Shown: piece by piece, positions 48,127 through 57,456 of the stretch
How positions within the stretch are numbered: the first letter of the stretch is position 1
How the letters are laid out: each line of letters begins with the position of its first letter
DNA from: an uncultured virus (IMG/VR IMGVR_UViG_2061766007_000951)
Lineage: Duplodnaviria > Heunggongvirae > Uroviricota > Caudoviricetes
Length of the DNA stretch: 64,000 nt
Strand: one strand, 5' to 3'
Virus record (IMG/VR): IMGVR_UViG_2061766007_000951
Made by a program: the position numbers and the translations under genes
The notes under the pieces: model-generated
What the model saw: the letters and a program-made list of their open reading frames with translations, nothing else
What the model was told of the DNA's origin: nothing
Database searches by the model: none

Positions 48127-48630
48127 CTAAAAGATATGCTCAATCTTGTTTGTATAATCGCCTTTTATGGCATCAAGGCTTGTTTCCGAGTTTGCCATAG
48201 TCCTGTAAAACAGTGCATGGCGCAACCCGTCATTGAGTACAGTCAGAAAGTTTTTGGTCACCACATAACCGTAATCAAACCGCCGGAAAACATAGACAAA
48301 GGCATTGCTCACAATGTCGCTCTGCTGTTCTTCGTCCAGATACCCGACGCCGCCTTTTTTCATCTTGCGCCATAAAAGACGCTTCATGACTTTATAGCCC
48401 AGTTCAAACATCTTCTGTCTTGAGCCAAAATCAGCATGAACTATCCAGTCGTGCTGATAATTCATAAGCAGTTCGTTGTCGTTTTCAGGGTTGTCGTAGT
48501 AGGGCAGGTCAGAATCGGGCCTTTGGCAAGGCTTTATTTCCGACTCTGGCTCTGGTTTTACCGGCTCAACCTTTTTTACGTTCAGCTTGACGTAGTAATC
48601 TATGTCAAATAACGACTGCTGCTCCCACAC
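48127..48630 (-). CDS. Putative sigma-70 region-2-only protein
   Basis: NDNELLMNYQ..SRQKMFE..DEEQQSDIVSNAFVYVFRRFD..NFLTVLNDGLRHAL..TSLDAI; N-terminal QQSLF. Confidence 0.5.
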   Translation of the reverse strand: MWEQQSLFDIDYYVKLNVKKVEPVKPEPESEIKPCQRPDSDLPYYDNPENDNELLMNYQHDWIVHADFGSRQKMFELGYKVMKRLLWRKMKKGGVGYLDEEQQSDIVSNAFVYVFRRFDYGYVVTKNFLTVLNDGLRHALFYRTMANSETSLDAIKGDYTNKIEHIF

Positions 48631-49931
48631 TATTGCCCCTCTGCCTGTACAGGTGCCCGTCTTGCAAGCACAAGCTTCATCATTGCGTTTGGTTCAGACG
48701 GATCTATTCCGTAATCTTCAAACTGCTGTTCAAGCCATCTGTTTGTTTCGGCGCGTTCTTCTTCGCTAGGCGGATGCGGAAAAGATGTGCTGTTGTTTTC
48801 CGGCAGCTTTGCACGTGATAAAAGCGCCTGCCATACCGTTTCCTTTGCCATATAAGCCGGAAAAAGCGGTATTCCGTGCCATTTATTCGGTGCCGGTTCG
48901 TCGTGCATCTTCTGAAACTCTGCACACATGCTTCTGGCAAGCGCCGGAGCATCCTGCAGATTCTTTACAGTACCGACAAGCTCCGAGGCGGCGGCCTCTA
49001 CAAACTTCATTCCCTTTGCCGTGTTATATGCAACGTTTACTTTTGCAAAGAAAGCGTTGAGAACTCCGACAACCTCCCCCTTAATTTTTTCGTTTTCTTC
49101 TGGCATGGAACTTGCATCTACTTTTTCTTTGTCAATGTCAGAAGGTAAAGGTTTTTCAGAAGCATCACTTTCAGGAGCAATAGTCCAGTTTGGAACAGTA
49201 ATCAATCTTTCTGAATCTTTGGAACTCTGCTCATTTTCTGAACTACTCTCAATGCCGGAGGCTGGAGAACCCTGTAAAGGTTCGGAAGCCGCAGGCAATT
49301 CCTCTCCTCCCACACCCTCTACTCTTGTGTGTGTGCTCTTTTCTACCTCTGGTATAATCTGCTCTGTCTCTCTCTTATCTTCTCTCTCTCTTCTATTCTG
49401 CGGATTTTCGGTCGGCGCGGGCTGTATAGTGTCGGAACACTCGTTAACTTCGCGTAGTATAGTGTTAAAACGCTTGTTTTCGAGTGCCTTAATATCTTTT
49501 CTCCAAGTGTCTACATTAGTAGACTTTGGATTAAAAAAGGATGCTTCTTCCTGTCGCGCCTTCCAAAGCTCGCACGCAGTGTTAAAACGGTTGCGTAAAG
49601 TCTTACCGGCCTGACGCGTTGTATACTCCCATTCAACAAAAAGGAAGATAGAGCTTTCTGGAACATGTGCAAAAATGCGCAGCTTTACCATTGCTTCTGC
49701 AACCTGGCGCACGTTTTCGGGGCTTTCAACCTTTATAAGGCTTGCAAACTCCTCACCGTCGCCGATGTCAAAAATGCCGTCATCGTCTGCTTTTGTAGCT
49801 CCTGCAAGATATAACAATACAGGTGCGCTTTTAAGTTCCGGGGCCAGCATCTTTTCTGCTCTGTTCATTGCTTTGTTTTCAAGCAGATCTGTCGGAATCT
49901 TGGCCCATGGTTTTGAATTAAAAAAACTCAT
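48630..49931 (-). CDS. Putative replication initiator
   Basis: Ortholog of 2609-3907. Confidence 0.6.
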   Translation of the reverse strand: MSFFNSKPWAKIPTDLLENKAMNRAEKMLAPELKSAPVLLYLAGATKADDDGIFDIGDGEEFASLIKVESPENVRQVAEAMVKLRIFAHVPESSIFLFVEWEYTTRQAGKTLRNRFNTACELWKARQEEASFFNPKSTNVDTWRKDIKALENKRFNTILREVNECSDTIQPAPTENPQNRREREDKRETEQIIPEVEKSTHTRVEGVGGEELPAASEPLQGSPASGIESSSENEQSSKDSERLITVPNWTIAPESDASEKPLPSDIDKEKVDASSMPEENEKIKGEVVGVLNAFFAKVNVAYNTAKGMKFVEAAASELVGTVKNLQDAPALARSMCAEFQKMHDEPAPNKWHGIPLFPAYMAKETVWQALLSRAKLPENNSTSFPHPPSEEERAETNRWLEQQFEDYGIDPSEPNAMMKLVLARRAPVQAEGQ

Positions 49932-51310
49932 TATGCTGCCTCCTTAATCTGCTTTTTAGTTTTGCGGGGCTTCCATTTTGTCTGTGGCACTGTTTTATAC
50001 CATTTTTCAAAAACGGCTTTAACTTCTGGAGTAGGCAGGCAGTTTCTTCTGTCGCGTTCATCTGCATAGAACTGCCCGATTTTTCCATCGTTCTTTACCT
50101 CTGCCGTTGCAACAGGCACGCCTTCTTTTTGAATAAAGACAATAGTGCATTCGCCTTTAAGGGTTTTCTGATAATAACCGCCGGCACAGATGCACTGATG
50201 TAAAGCTTCTGCCTGACGCTTCCATTCCTCGTAATCTGTACATACGAAAATAGAATAGCCGTCTACGACATCGCTGTACTGCCCGAATTTCTTAAGAATT
50301 TTTTCAGCTTTAGGCTGGAGCTTAATAAGTTCTTTTTTGAACTTTTCAGCGCGTTCAGCTTCTGCAGCAAGACGTTGAGCTTCGTATTCTGCCGCCCTTG
50401 CTTCTGCCGCTATTCGCTCTGCTTCTTCAATGCGGTCAATTTCTGCCATGACAACATCATGCTTTGCAAGCAGGTCTTTTGGATGCCTCCAGTAAGGATC
50501 GTGTACATCGTGGCCGGCTCTTACAGCCATGCGGATGTAGTCTCCCCAATAATTCATTTTGGCATTAAAAGCTTTCTGCCCCTTAAAACGTGATTCAATA
50601 TGAACACGAAGCTTTTTAAGATAGAGATAATCCTCATACTTCACAGCGCTTACACTTCGGCTGTTTCGATCCCATTCGCTCACATCTACCATGTACTGCA
50701 GATAGTTTTCAGGATCGTTGCTTTTGATACATTCATTAAGGTTCTTTAATGGAAGCAGGCGGTATTTTCTATTCATGTTTTTACGCATAAAAAGACAGAT
50801 TTCCCGCCGGCGCTTTTCTGAATATCTCCAGAAGCGTCCATCCATTCCCACCTTTTCATAGCCTGCAGCCATTACAAGCTCTAACTGCGGATGCTTTACC
50901 CAGACCTGCAAAACTCTTATAAGATAGAGCCTGTTCCAATCGGAATGCGCAACCTTCTTCAAAAGATATTTAAAATCAGGATATACACCACAAATCAGTT
51001 CTTCATCTTGTTTTGTAAGCCTGCCGGAATAACCGACAAAAGAAGGGCGCTGTCTTTTATTCCAGCCTTCTTCTTCTGCGATGTTATCATCATAGTAATA
51101 ACCATCAATCCTAAGCCCCGGAAATGTGATTACTACGCCACCATAAATAGATACATAAAGATTCTGGTCCCAGTATTCTTTATTATCATTTTCCTTGTAG
51201 ACATCTACAGTCGAGTATTCGCCTTTTTTTGAATATTCAGCATTTACTATCCGTGTAATATGTCCGTCCACGACTTCAAGACGGTCGGTCCATTTTGTTG
51301 GTCTATGCAT
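49931..51310 (-). CDS. PcfJ-like domain protein
   Basis: QAEALHQCI..YY..IVFIQKEGVPVATAEV. Confidence 0.7.
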   Translation of the reverse strand: MHRPTKWTDRLEVVDGHITRIVNAEYSKKGEYSTVDVYKENDNKEYWDQNLYVSIYGGVVITFPGLRIDGYYYDDNIAEEEGWNKRQRPSFVGYSGRLTKQDEELICGVYPDFKYLLKKVAHSDWNRLYLIRVLQVWVKHPQLELVMAAGYEKVGMDGRFWRYSEKRRREICLFMRKNMNRKYRLLPLKNLNECIKSNDPENYLQYMVDVSEWDRNSRSVSAVKYEDYLYLKKLRVHIESRFKGQKAFNAKMNYWGDYIRMAVRAGHDVHDPYWRHPKDLLAKHDVVMAEIDRIEEAERIAAEARAAEYEAQRLAAEAERAEKFKKELIKLQPKAEKILKKFGQYSDVVDGYSIFVCTDYEEWKRQAEALHQCICAGGYYQKTLKGECTIVFIQKEGVPVATAEVKNDGKIGQFYADERDRRNCLPTPEVKAVFEKWYKTVPQTKWKPRKTKKQIKEAA

Positions 51311-51318
51311 AGCTTCAC

Positions 51319-52092
51319 CTACTCAAAATCAAACAACAGACCGTTGCCGTTTTCGTCATAATGGACCGGTTCAGATGCAGCTTCTTTTGGTTCTGCTTCG
51401 CGTGGATTCGAGCTTCCCTCGTTTTCGTTGTCCGCCTTTTCAGGTTCCGTTTCTGCCTTGGTTTCCACAGCCCCGCAAGATTGTGCATCTTCTTCAGTTT
51501 CCCCAAATACTTCAAAACCATATTCGTCGGTTTTGAGCCCACCCTGTTCTTCTGCCTGATTGGACATGACACTTGAGTTTTCGTTGTCGGCCTCTGTGGG
51601 TTCCGTTTCTGCCTCTGTATCATTCTGCAAGTTTTCGTTTTCAGGAGATGCTTCGCAGTCTGTTTCTGCCTCTGTTGTAGAGTTTTCGTTTTCCAGTTCT
51701 GCATCATCCGGGGTTTCTGCCTTACAGTCCTCACATGCTTTTGAAACTTCCGGCGGAGTTTCCGCCAGCTTTGGCAATATCTCAAGATAAAAATCCCTCG
51801 CCATTTTGAAAACGACCACGTCCTCAACACAAGCTGTATTGCCTTGTCTTGGCATTGCTTTTACAGCTTCTGTAATGAAGTTCCAGCAGTCGTCTATTTT
51901 CTCCGGGCGATAAAGAGATTTAAGAGCTTCGTCTCTCTCACACTCTTCTTCAAGATATTTTTTGATAATTACTATATGCTGCGCAGTCTCGACTTTTCCG
52001 AGCCCCGCAAGATATTCTTTGTAGTTGATTTTGCTTGGCATACGACCACCTAGCTCTGCGAGCTTTGTTTTTCTTTTTCTCGTAAGTGCCAT
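51319..52092 (-). CDS. PcfK-like protein with long acidic tail (start may be 52041)
   Basis: KIDDCWNFI...CVEDVVVFKMARDFY. Confidence 0.65.
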   Translation of the reverse strand: MALTRKRKTKLAELGGRMPSKINYKEYLAGLGKVETAQHIVIIKKYLEEECERDEALKSLYRPEKIDDCWNFITEAVKAMPRQGNTACVEDVVVFKMARDFYLEILPKLAETPPEVSKACEDCKAETPDDAELENENSTTEAETDCEASPENENLQNDTEAETEPTEADNENSSVMSNQAEEQGGLKTDEYGFEVFGETEEDAQSCGAVETKAETEPEKADNENEGSSNPREAEPKEAASEPVHYDENGNGLLFDFE

Positions 52093-52346
52093 GCGGCGGC
52101 ATCTTCCTTGCCCTGAACAAACCAGCGGAAATCTTCAAGACGCTTTAAGCGTTCTTCTGCACAGATACGGTTTGCCTGATCTACTGACATGCCGATAGTT
52201 TTCTGATAAAAACCCTGTTCTGCCATTGAGTAGACATCTACTAAAGGTTCCTTATCGCCTTCTATCGTTCTGAAAGCTTTAACAAGACGATTACAAAGGT
52301 CCTGCATTTCCTGGTAATACTGATAAACAGTCATTGTCTTAATCAT
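52050..52346 (-). CDS. Conserved hypothetical early protein
   Basis: Ortholog 6342-6647; GGAGG RBS. Confidence 0.7.
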   Translation of the reverse strand: MIKTMTVYQYYQEMQDLCNRLVKAFRTIEGDKEPLVDVYSMAEQGFYQKTIGMSVDQANRICAEERLKRLEDFRWFVQGKEDAAAWHLREKEKQSSQS

Positions 52347-52531
52347 GCAGCACCTCCGCGTTTTGCTCTGCCAACTCTTTTGTGGGCTTCCAGATAAGCC
52401 TCCAAATCCTTTATTAAGTAAAGGCGCAGGCTCTTCATTTTGATGTAGGGAATGTCCGACATAAAAAGGGTAGTGCGCCCGATTCCGAGAAGCTTGCATG
52501 CTTCGTTTACTCTTACGCAGATGCGTTCCAT
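52343..52531 (-). CDS. Excisionase-like HTH protein
   Basis: VRVNEACKLLGIGRTTLF; GGAGG RBS. Confidence 0.75.
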   Translation of the reverse strand: MERICVRVNEACKLLGIGRTTLFMSDIPYIKMKSLRLYLIKDLEAYLEAHKRVGRAKRGGAA

Positions 52532-52853
52532 TTTGTTTACCTCCGTTCAACAAAATAAAAAAGAGTGGGAACCGACATCGTCGATTTAATCCGTTGCAGA
52601 ACGCTGCCGGTTCCCATAGGATTTTATATGACTAACACTTTCGGGTAGGGACCTGTAAGTGGAAAGTCCAGAAGAGAGCCCGAGGCGGCGGAGATGGTTT
52701 TGGGTCTGCCGCCCCAGGCAATAACAGCTTTTTGGTGATGAGCCAGGCCCGCTGTCATAACCTCCATACTTCTCGGAAAGAAAGACTTACGGTAATCGTC
52801 CAACTCTCAATCCAAAGCCGTCCAGCGTATTTACACGGCATGCGTAATGGCCT

Positions 52854-53051
52854 AAAAAAAAGAGCCCGTCAAACTGCACGCTTCGAGAAATGCAATCTAA
52901 CAGGCTTTATGTCAAACCGTTTGTCCTGTCGGGGATTTGCGGTTATAACCAGATTAAAACCTCGAAGCTTGTCATTTCTAAGCAGTTTGTCAAGAACTGC
53001 TTAGAATCTGTTAGTATACTAACAGCGATATGTACGGTTCCCGTACTTCAT
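52854..53051 (-). ncRNA. Putative structured early leader RNA (~200 nt) ending in an intrinsic terminator
   Basis: Hairpin 52976-53006; 17-bp G-U-rich stem 52863-52906 followed by U8. Confidence 0.5.
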
Positions 53052-53111
53052 GATTATAGAATATTACGAAAAGCGTACATTGTCAAGAAAAAAATTACAG
53101 AAACCGTACTT
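53030..53111. promoter_or_regulatory. Three repressor operators overlapping leftward promoter TTGACA-17-TATTCT (53086-53058)
   Basis: ATGTACG-N5-CGTACTT (53030), TATTACG-N5-CGTACAT (53062), AATTACA-N5-CGTACTT (53093). Confidence 0.75.
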
Positions 53112-53141
53112 TTTTTTCGATTTAAAAGTAAGGGGTTTTAT

Positions 53142-53483
53142 ATGGCATTTATGGATAATGTAGAAAGGGAATTAGAGAGTAGGGGCATAACTCAAAAAAA
53201 GCTGGCTGAAGATCTGGGCTTAAGAAGGCCCACTTTATCAGATTGGAAAAAGAACGGAGCAATTCCTGCCGGAGACATCTGCATAAAAATTGCAGATTAT
53301 CTCGGAGTTTCTGTTGAATGGCTTATAACAGGAAAAGAAAAGGAAGGAAACGGCCTTACACCAGAAGAGCGCCATTTATTGACACTCTGGGCACACCTCA
53401 CTTCTGAACAGAAAGACACAATCAGCACCCTTTTAGAAAAATGGGAAGCCGATTATGTTCAGGCAAAAAAAGAGAAAGCTTAG
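53142..53483 (+). CDS. CI-like XRE-family repressor
   Basis: ITQKKLAEDLGLRRPTLSDWKKNG. Confidence 0.9.
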   Translation: MAFMDNVERELESRGITQKKLAEDLGLRRPTLSDWKKNGAIPAGDICIKIADYLGVSVEWLITGKEKEGNGLTPEERHLLTLWAHLTSEQKDTISTLLEKWEADYVQAKKEKA

Positions 53484-54766
53484 AAAGTCTGACAATCATC
53501 ACATGGAGCGGGATGTAAAACAGCCCCGAAAATACGCTGCTGTGCTCCCATTATAAGCTTTGCTTCTTCCATTGTCTGATGCGCTGCATAGTGTTCAAGC
53601 ATAACCTGTGATTTATGGCCCGTCTGACTTTGCAGAGCCTTCTGGTTTACCTTATCGGCCATGTAGGTAGTATAAAAATGACGCCAGGCGTGAAAAGTCA
53701 TTTTCTTTGCAGTTTCCTTATCCATACCGGCCTTTATAAGCGCCTGCCTGAAGTACATCAAAAAATGTTTGCCGTCTGTCGGTCTGTCGGGTTTATATCC
53801 CCAGAAAATATAACCCGCTCCGTTTGGATACGGATTAGTCTGTGCAAGCTCGCGCAGTTTTTCTATGATATAAGGGAAGGCAACATATACAGTGCGCTCC
53901 TCGGTGTTTTTGGTACACTTAAGCCCGTCTTTTTCACTCCAGGAGTGGCGCACGTGGATGCAGTCATCTTCCAGATCATCCTTTGTAAGTGCTAAAATTT
54001 CACCGCATCGCATACCGGTACACATTGCCAGCATGGATGCAAGGCGTGAATATTCGTTGGTCCATTCTACACGGAAAACACTGCGAGCCATTTCCATTGT
54101 AAGTATTGCCCGCTTGTGATATTCAGCCTTATACATAACCCAGCCTTTTGAAAGGTCTCTGGGCATAAGCTCGTTATTGTATGCCCATTTTAATGGAGTA
54201 AGGACTGCGCGTAAAATATGATTTTTTGTGTTGCCGCTCAATTCCATTTTATCAAGCCGGTCAAACTGCTTTTGAATATCTGCCCGCGTTAGTTCTCCCA
54301 GCTGTTTATTCTGCAAAAGCTCGGTCCAGTGCTTTCGGATAAACTGCTCGGAATTCATTGTGTGCTTTTTGTGGACTTTCTGCCCTTTGCGAAGCTTCTC
54401 GTTTAAGTAGCGTGATTTTTCAGGATTCCAGAAATCGCACAGCCAGTCTAAAGCCGGAACATTGAGCTTCTGTACATCCGTCAGGCAATAGCCGGAAATA
54501 AAACCTTTGCGCTGGAAATCTTCAAGGAACTGCAGGACATCTTCTTTTGTGTAGGAAGCTTTTTTGATGCTATCATAGAATGAGAGTTTTTCAATATCCT
54601 GTTCGCGGTTGTTGTACATATTCCATGCAGTACGCACAGCTCTGTTGTAGTTTGTTTCTTTTGTGGAAAGCCAGGAAAGATATTTACCGGTGCGCTCATT
54701 TCGGAAACGCACATAATAGTAGGGCGAGTTTGCCCTCGTAGTGAGAGAGAATGGAAGTTTTTGCAT
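53480..54766 (-). CDS. int: Tyrosine integrase
   Basis: TGMRCGEI, FHAWRH, GHK..MLEHY. Confidence 0.95.
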   Translation of the reverse strand: MQKLPFSLTTRANSPYYYVRFRNERTGKYLSWLSTKETNYNRAVRTAWNMYNNREQDIEKLSFYDSIKKASYTKEDVLQFLEDFQRKGFISGYCLTDVQKLNVPALDWLCDFWNPEKSRYLNEKLRKGQKVHKKHTMNSEQFIRKHWTELLQNKQLGELTRADIQKQFDRLDKMELSGNTKNHILRAVLTPLKWAYNNELMPRDLSKGWVMYKAEYHKRAILTMEMARSVFRVEWTNEYSRLASMLAMCTGMRCGEILALTKDDLEDDCIHVRHSWSEKDGLKCTKNTEERTVYVAFPYIIEKLRELAQTNPYPNGAGYIFWGYKPDRPTDGKHFLMYFRQALIKAGMDKETAKKMTFHAWRHFYTTYMADKVNQKALQSQTGHKSQVMLEHYAAHQTMEEAKLIMGAQQRIFGAVLHPAPCDDCQTF

Positions 54767-54839
54767 TTTGCAGGTCTCCTGTGTAGTTTAGTTTTTCACA
54801 GGTTATAACCGCATAATACCCCGACAGGATGTATTTTTA

Positions 54840-55122
54840 TGTACCACTTTGTGTACCACTTTTGATTTTTGCCCCGAAATGCTGTTTTTTACAAACCCCG
54901 CACTTGAGCTAAATCCTTATAATACAACGATTTAAGTGGTCTGATGCTGGGCGGGCTCGAACCGTCTACCTGCTGCTTAGAAGAAGGTCAAAAGGTAGTT
55001 CAAAACCGTTCACATCAATTCGGAAAACCTGCTAAGTCCTTATAATATAACGATTTATGGTTCATGTCAATTTTTAACCGTTCGCAACAGTTCAATTTTT
55101 ATGTACCACTTTTATGTACCAC
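54840..55122. other. attP of phage B with arm-type sites on both sides
   Basis: TGTACCAC pairs at 54840/54852 and 55102/55115; phased GTTC at 54998/55008 and 55060/55080/55090. Confidence 0.8.
54942..54983 (-). other. att core = 3' half of tRNA-Arg(TCT), not a complete tRNA
   Basis: - strand CT-TCT-AA GCAGC AGGTA GACGG TTCGAGC CCGCC CAGCATC A. Confidence 0.85.
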
Positions 55123-55265
55123 TTTTTCAGGCGGCTTTATTTCTTTATCAGATTCTTTAATCACCGTAAAAGAATACTGCGACGCCAGGACACAAGATTC
55201 TTCAACACCGTAATATACAGCGATGATTTTCTTTATGTCTGCCTTATTCAGAACTATTGCCTCTT

Positions 55266-55523
55266 TCATTTTTCAAGCTCCGCAAGACGGGTCTGCAATT
55301 CGTTGATTCTGTCGCGGGCTTCCTGACGCTGGGCTGCAAGCTCTTCATAATCATACGGATCTTCTTCGCCTTTAAGTCTTGCTTCGTAGATTTTGACAAC
55401 CTTCCAGTCGCCGATAGAACTAACTGGAGAATCTAAGGCCGAGACAAGTGAACCAATCTCCTGTCGGATGCTTTCTTCTTCTTCGCGTTTTTGTTCGAGT
55501 GTTTTTTCGTTCTTTGACTTCAT
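55266..55523 (-). CDS. Putative tail-fibre assembly chaperone-like protein
   Basis: IGDWKVVKIYE...RQEARDRINEL; GGAGG RBS. Confidence 0.5.
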   Translation of the reverse strand: MKSKNEKTLEQKREEEESIRQEIGSLVSALDSPVSSIGDWKVVKIYEARLKGEEDPYDYEELAAQRQEARDRINELQTRLAELEK

Positions 55524-56565
55524 TTTGTTTACCTCCAAAAAGATATTTATATAATGCATCCAGATTCCGGACGCTCTTATATGCGTTGTATTTCATAATA
55601 TTTCCGCGCCAACTTTTATACTGTTCTTCTATCTGCTGTTTAGTAATCCTATGTTTATGCAGAAGTACATAAAGCTTTTTAAGTTTTCGTCTCTGGCGGA
55701 CTATGGACCTGTTTACCGGAATGATTACAACCTTGCCCGTTTCGGTTAATAGATAGCGCATCTGCAGAAAGATAAAACCTTTTTCAAGCTTCATAATTTG
55801 TGTTTTTTGGGAATTGATTTTAATACCAAGATTTTGGGAAATTACCTGATATTCTTTATAAAGCTTGCGCAGAAATTCCTTGCTCTCATGGATTATATAT
55901 GTATCGTCCATATATCTGCCATAATATTTACAGCCTTTTACAATCTTGCAGAAGTTATCAAGTTCTGTCGGATAAAAGATGCCGGCGGTCTGGCTCAACT
56001 GACTGCCAATGCCTACTCCCTTATCGCCTTCAAAAGTTTGTACAAGATATTCCGTAAGCTTTATGACTTTTTCATCATCTATCTTTTCTTTGATTTTCTG
56101 CAGAAGTATGTCATGCGGAATGCTGTCAAAATATTTTGAAAAATCTATTTTAAGCACCCAGCCTTTGTTTCCGTGTTTTCTGTAATAGCGCTGCAGATGT
56201 ACTTTAAGTCTTTTTCGTGAAAACTCAATGCCTTTTCCCTTTACGCTGGCTCCGTTATCATATATTAGGTTTTTGAATAATACAGGATTCAAGACATAAT
56301 CGCACAAAGCTCTCTGCAGCACTCTGTCGGAAATGTGCATTGATTTTATATGACGCGGTTTTCCCCGTTCGTTTATATCAAACTCATAAAAAGCTTTCTG
56401 TCTGTAGGTGCCGTCGAGCAAAGCTTTGCGCAGTGTATTTATGTTCTGGAGCAGGTTTGATTCATAACGCTGCACGCTTTCTTTCCAATCAACACCCTTC
56501 TTGCAGTTCATAAATGAATTGTAGAGATTATTCAAATCTGTAAGGCGGTCAAAAAGCTCTGCCAT
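55420..56565 (-). CDS. DGR reverse transcriptase
   Basis: 381 aa; DRVLQRA, KIDFSKYFDSI, GVGIGSQLSQ, YGRYMDD; downstream of TR. Confidence 0.95.
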   Translation of the reverse strand: MAELFDRLTDLNNLYNSFMNCKKGVDWKESVQRYESNLLQNINTLRKALLDGTYRQKAFYEFDINERGKPRHIKSMHISDRVLQRALCDYVLNPVLFKNLIYDNGASVKGKGIEFSRKRLKVHLQRYYRKHGNKGWVLKIDFSKYFDSIPHDILLQKIKEKIDDEKVIKLTEYLVQTFEGDKGVGIGSQLSQTAGIFYPTELDNFCKIVKGCKYYGRYMDDTYIIHESKEFLRKLYKEYQVISQNLGIKINSQKTQIMKLEKGFIFLQMRYLLTETGKVVIIPVNRSIVRQRRKLKKLYVLLHKHRITKQQIEEQYKSWRGNIMKYNAYKSVRNLDALYKYLFGGKQNEVKERKNTRTKTRRRRKHPTGDWFTCLGLRFSS

Positions 56566-56702
56566 ATATCCTCAAAAAAAACAACAGGCGTTTACAGCGG
56601 TACTGGTCATAACCAACCGCATCGCCTGCATTATTCGCCTTTTACGGCAAGGTTGCAGTTTCCTTCGCATCACGCGCGGACTAAAAAGCCCTGATTGCGT
56701 AT

Positions 56703-56803
56703 GATTCAAATCGGGGACGGACATAATTGTTCGTATTGCTCGCATTGTTGTAGTTCGCATTGCCGTTGTTGTTCACATTGGCGAAATTGGAACTCGACGC
56801 GAC
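56703..56803 (-). repeat. DGR template repeat (56712-56803) plus IMH*
   Basis: AAC/AAT-rich (VASSSNFANVNNNGNANYNNASNTNNYVRPR); 29 adenines; differs from VR1 only at adenines. Confidence 0.95.
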
Positions 56804-56804
56804 T

Positions 56805-57383
56805 TTATAAACTGCCGCCTTCTTTATCACGTTTTAATTTTTCTGCCATCTTCCTGCGCGACTTGTTGTCGCTCTGCCTCCAGCCCTTCAAAAGATGTTC
56901 TTCTTTCTCAAGGGAATCAAGCAGCTTGTCAAAATAGTTGAGATTCTGTGGGAGCAGTCTCTCAATATATTCAAGCTCGTAGAACAGATGGCGCACTGCT
57001 GCAATGGCTTCATTCTGGCAGAATCTTCTCTGCTCCCACTCGGCCATTATAGCAGGATAAATACTGTTTGCGGCAACGATTCCTGATACCATTTTCCACA
57101 TTGTCTCAATTATGATTTTGCGCTCGGCATCTATAAACCATTGCGGATATTCGCAAACAAATTCTTTATTTAATCCTTTTCCGTGCTTTTCAAAAATGTC
57201 ATTGATGATTTTTGTTTCTTCAGGCGTTGCATCTTTAATTGTATGCGCAATGTTTTTAGGATGCTTCTTTTCGCCAAAATCACGCATTAACCAGCGAGTT
57301 ATCTCAAGCCTTATGTTTATGGCGTTTTTGTAAAACTCCATATCGCTTAATTTTCGCAGATTTTTAATTACTGACATTTTCAA
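56805..57383 (-). CDS. avd: Avd-like accessory protein
   Basis: AANSIYP...EWEQRRFCQNEAI...LLKGWRQSD; between VR1 and TR. Confidence 0.75.
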   Translation of the reverse strand: MKMSVIKNLRKLSDMEFYKNAINIRLEITRWLMRDFGEKKHPKNIAHTIKDATPEETKIINDIFEKHGKGLNKEFVCEYPQWFIDAERKIIIETMWKMVSGIVAANSIYPAIMAEWEQRRFCQNEAIAAVRHLFYELEYIERLLPQNLNYFDKLLDSLEKEEHLLKGWRQSDNKSRRKMAEKLKRDKEGGSL

Positions 57384-57408
57384 CTCCTATAACGTAATCT
57401 GTCGCCCA

Positions 57409-57429
57409 CCGCACCCACAAGGGGTGCGG
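57409..57429 (-). other. GC-rich hairpin downstream of VR1
   Basis: CCGCACCC-ACAAG-GGGTGCGG on + strand. Confidence 0.75.
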
Positions 57430-57456
57430 ATTAGGGCGCCGCTTCGGGCATTCGCC

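Noticed and set aside
55420..56565. RT as group II intron, retron or Abi RT
   Set aside because: The SQ motif, size, adjacent Avd and a TR with adenine-specific VR differences identify a DGR.
56572..56760. 62-aa ORF over the TR and spacer
   Set aside because: Overlaps the non-coding template RNA; no RBS or support for translation.
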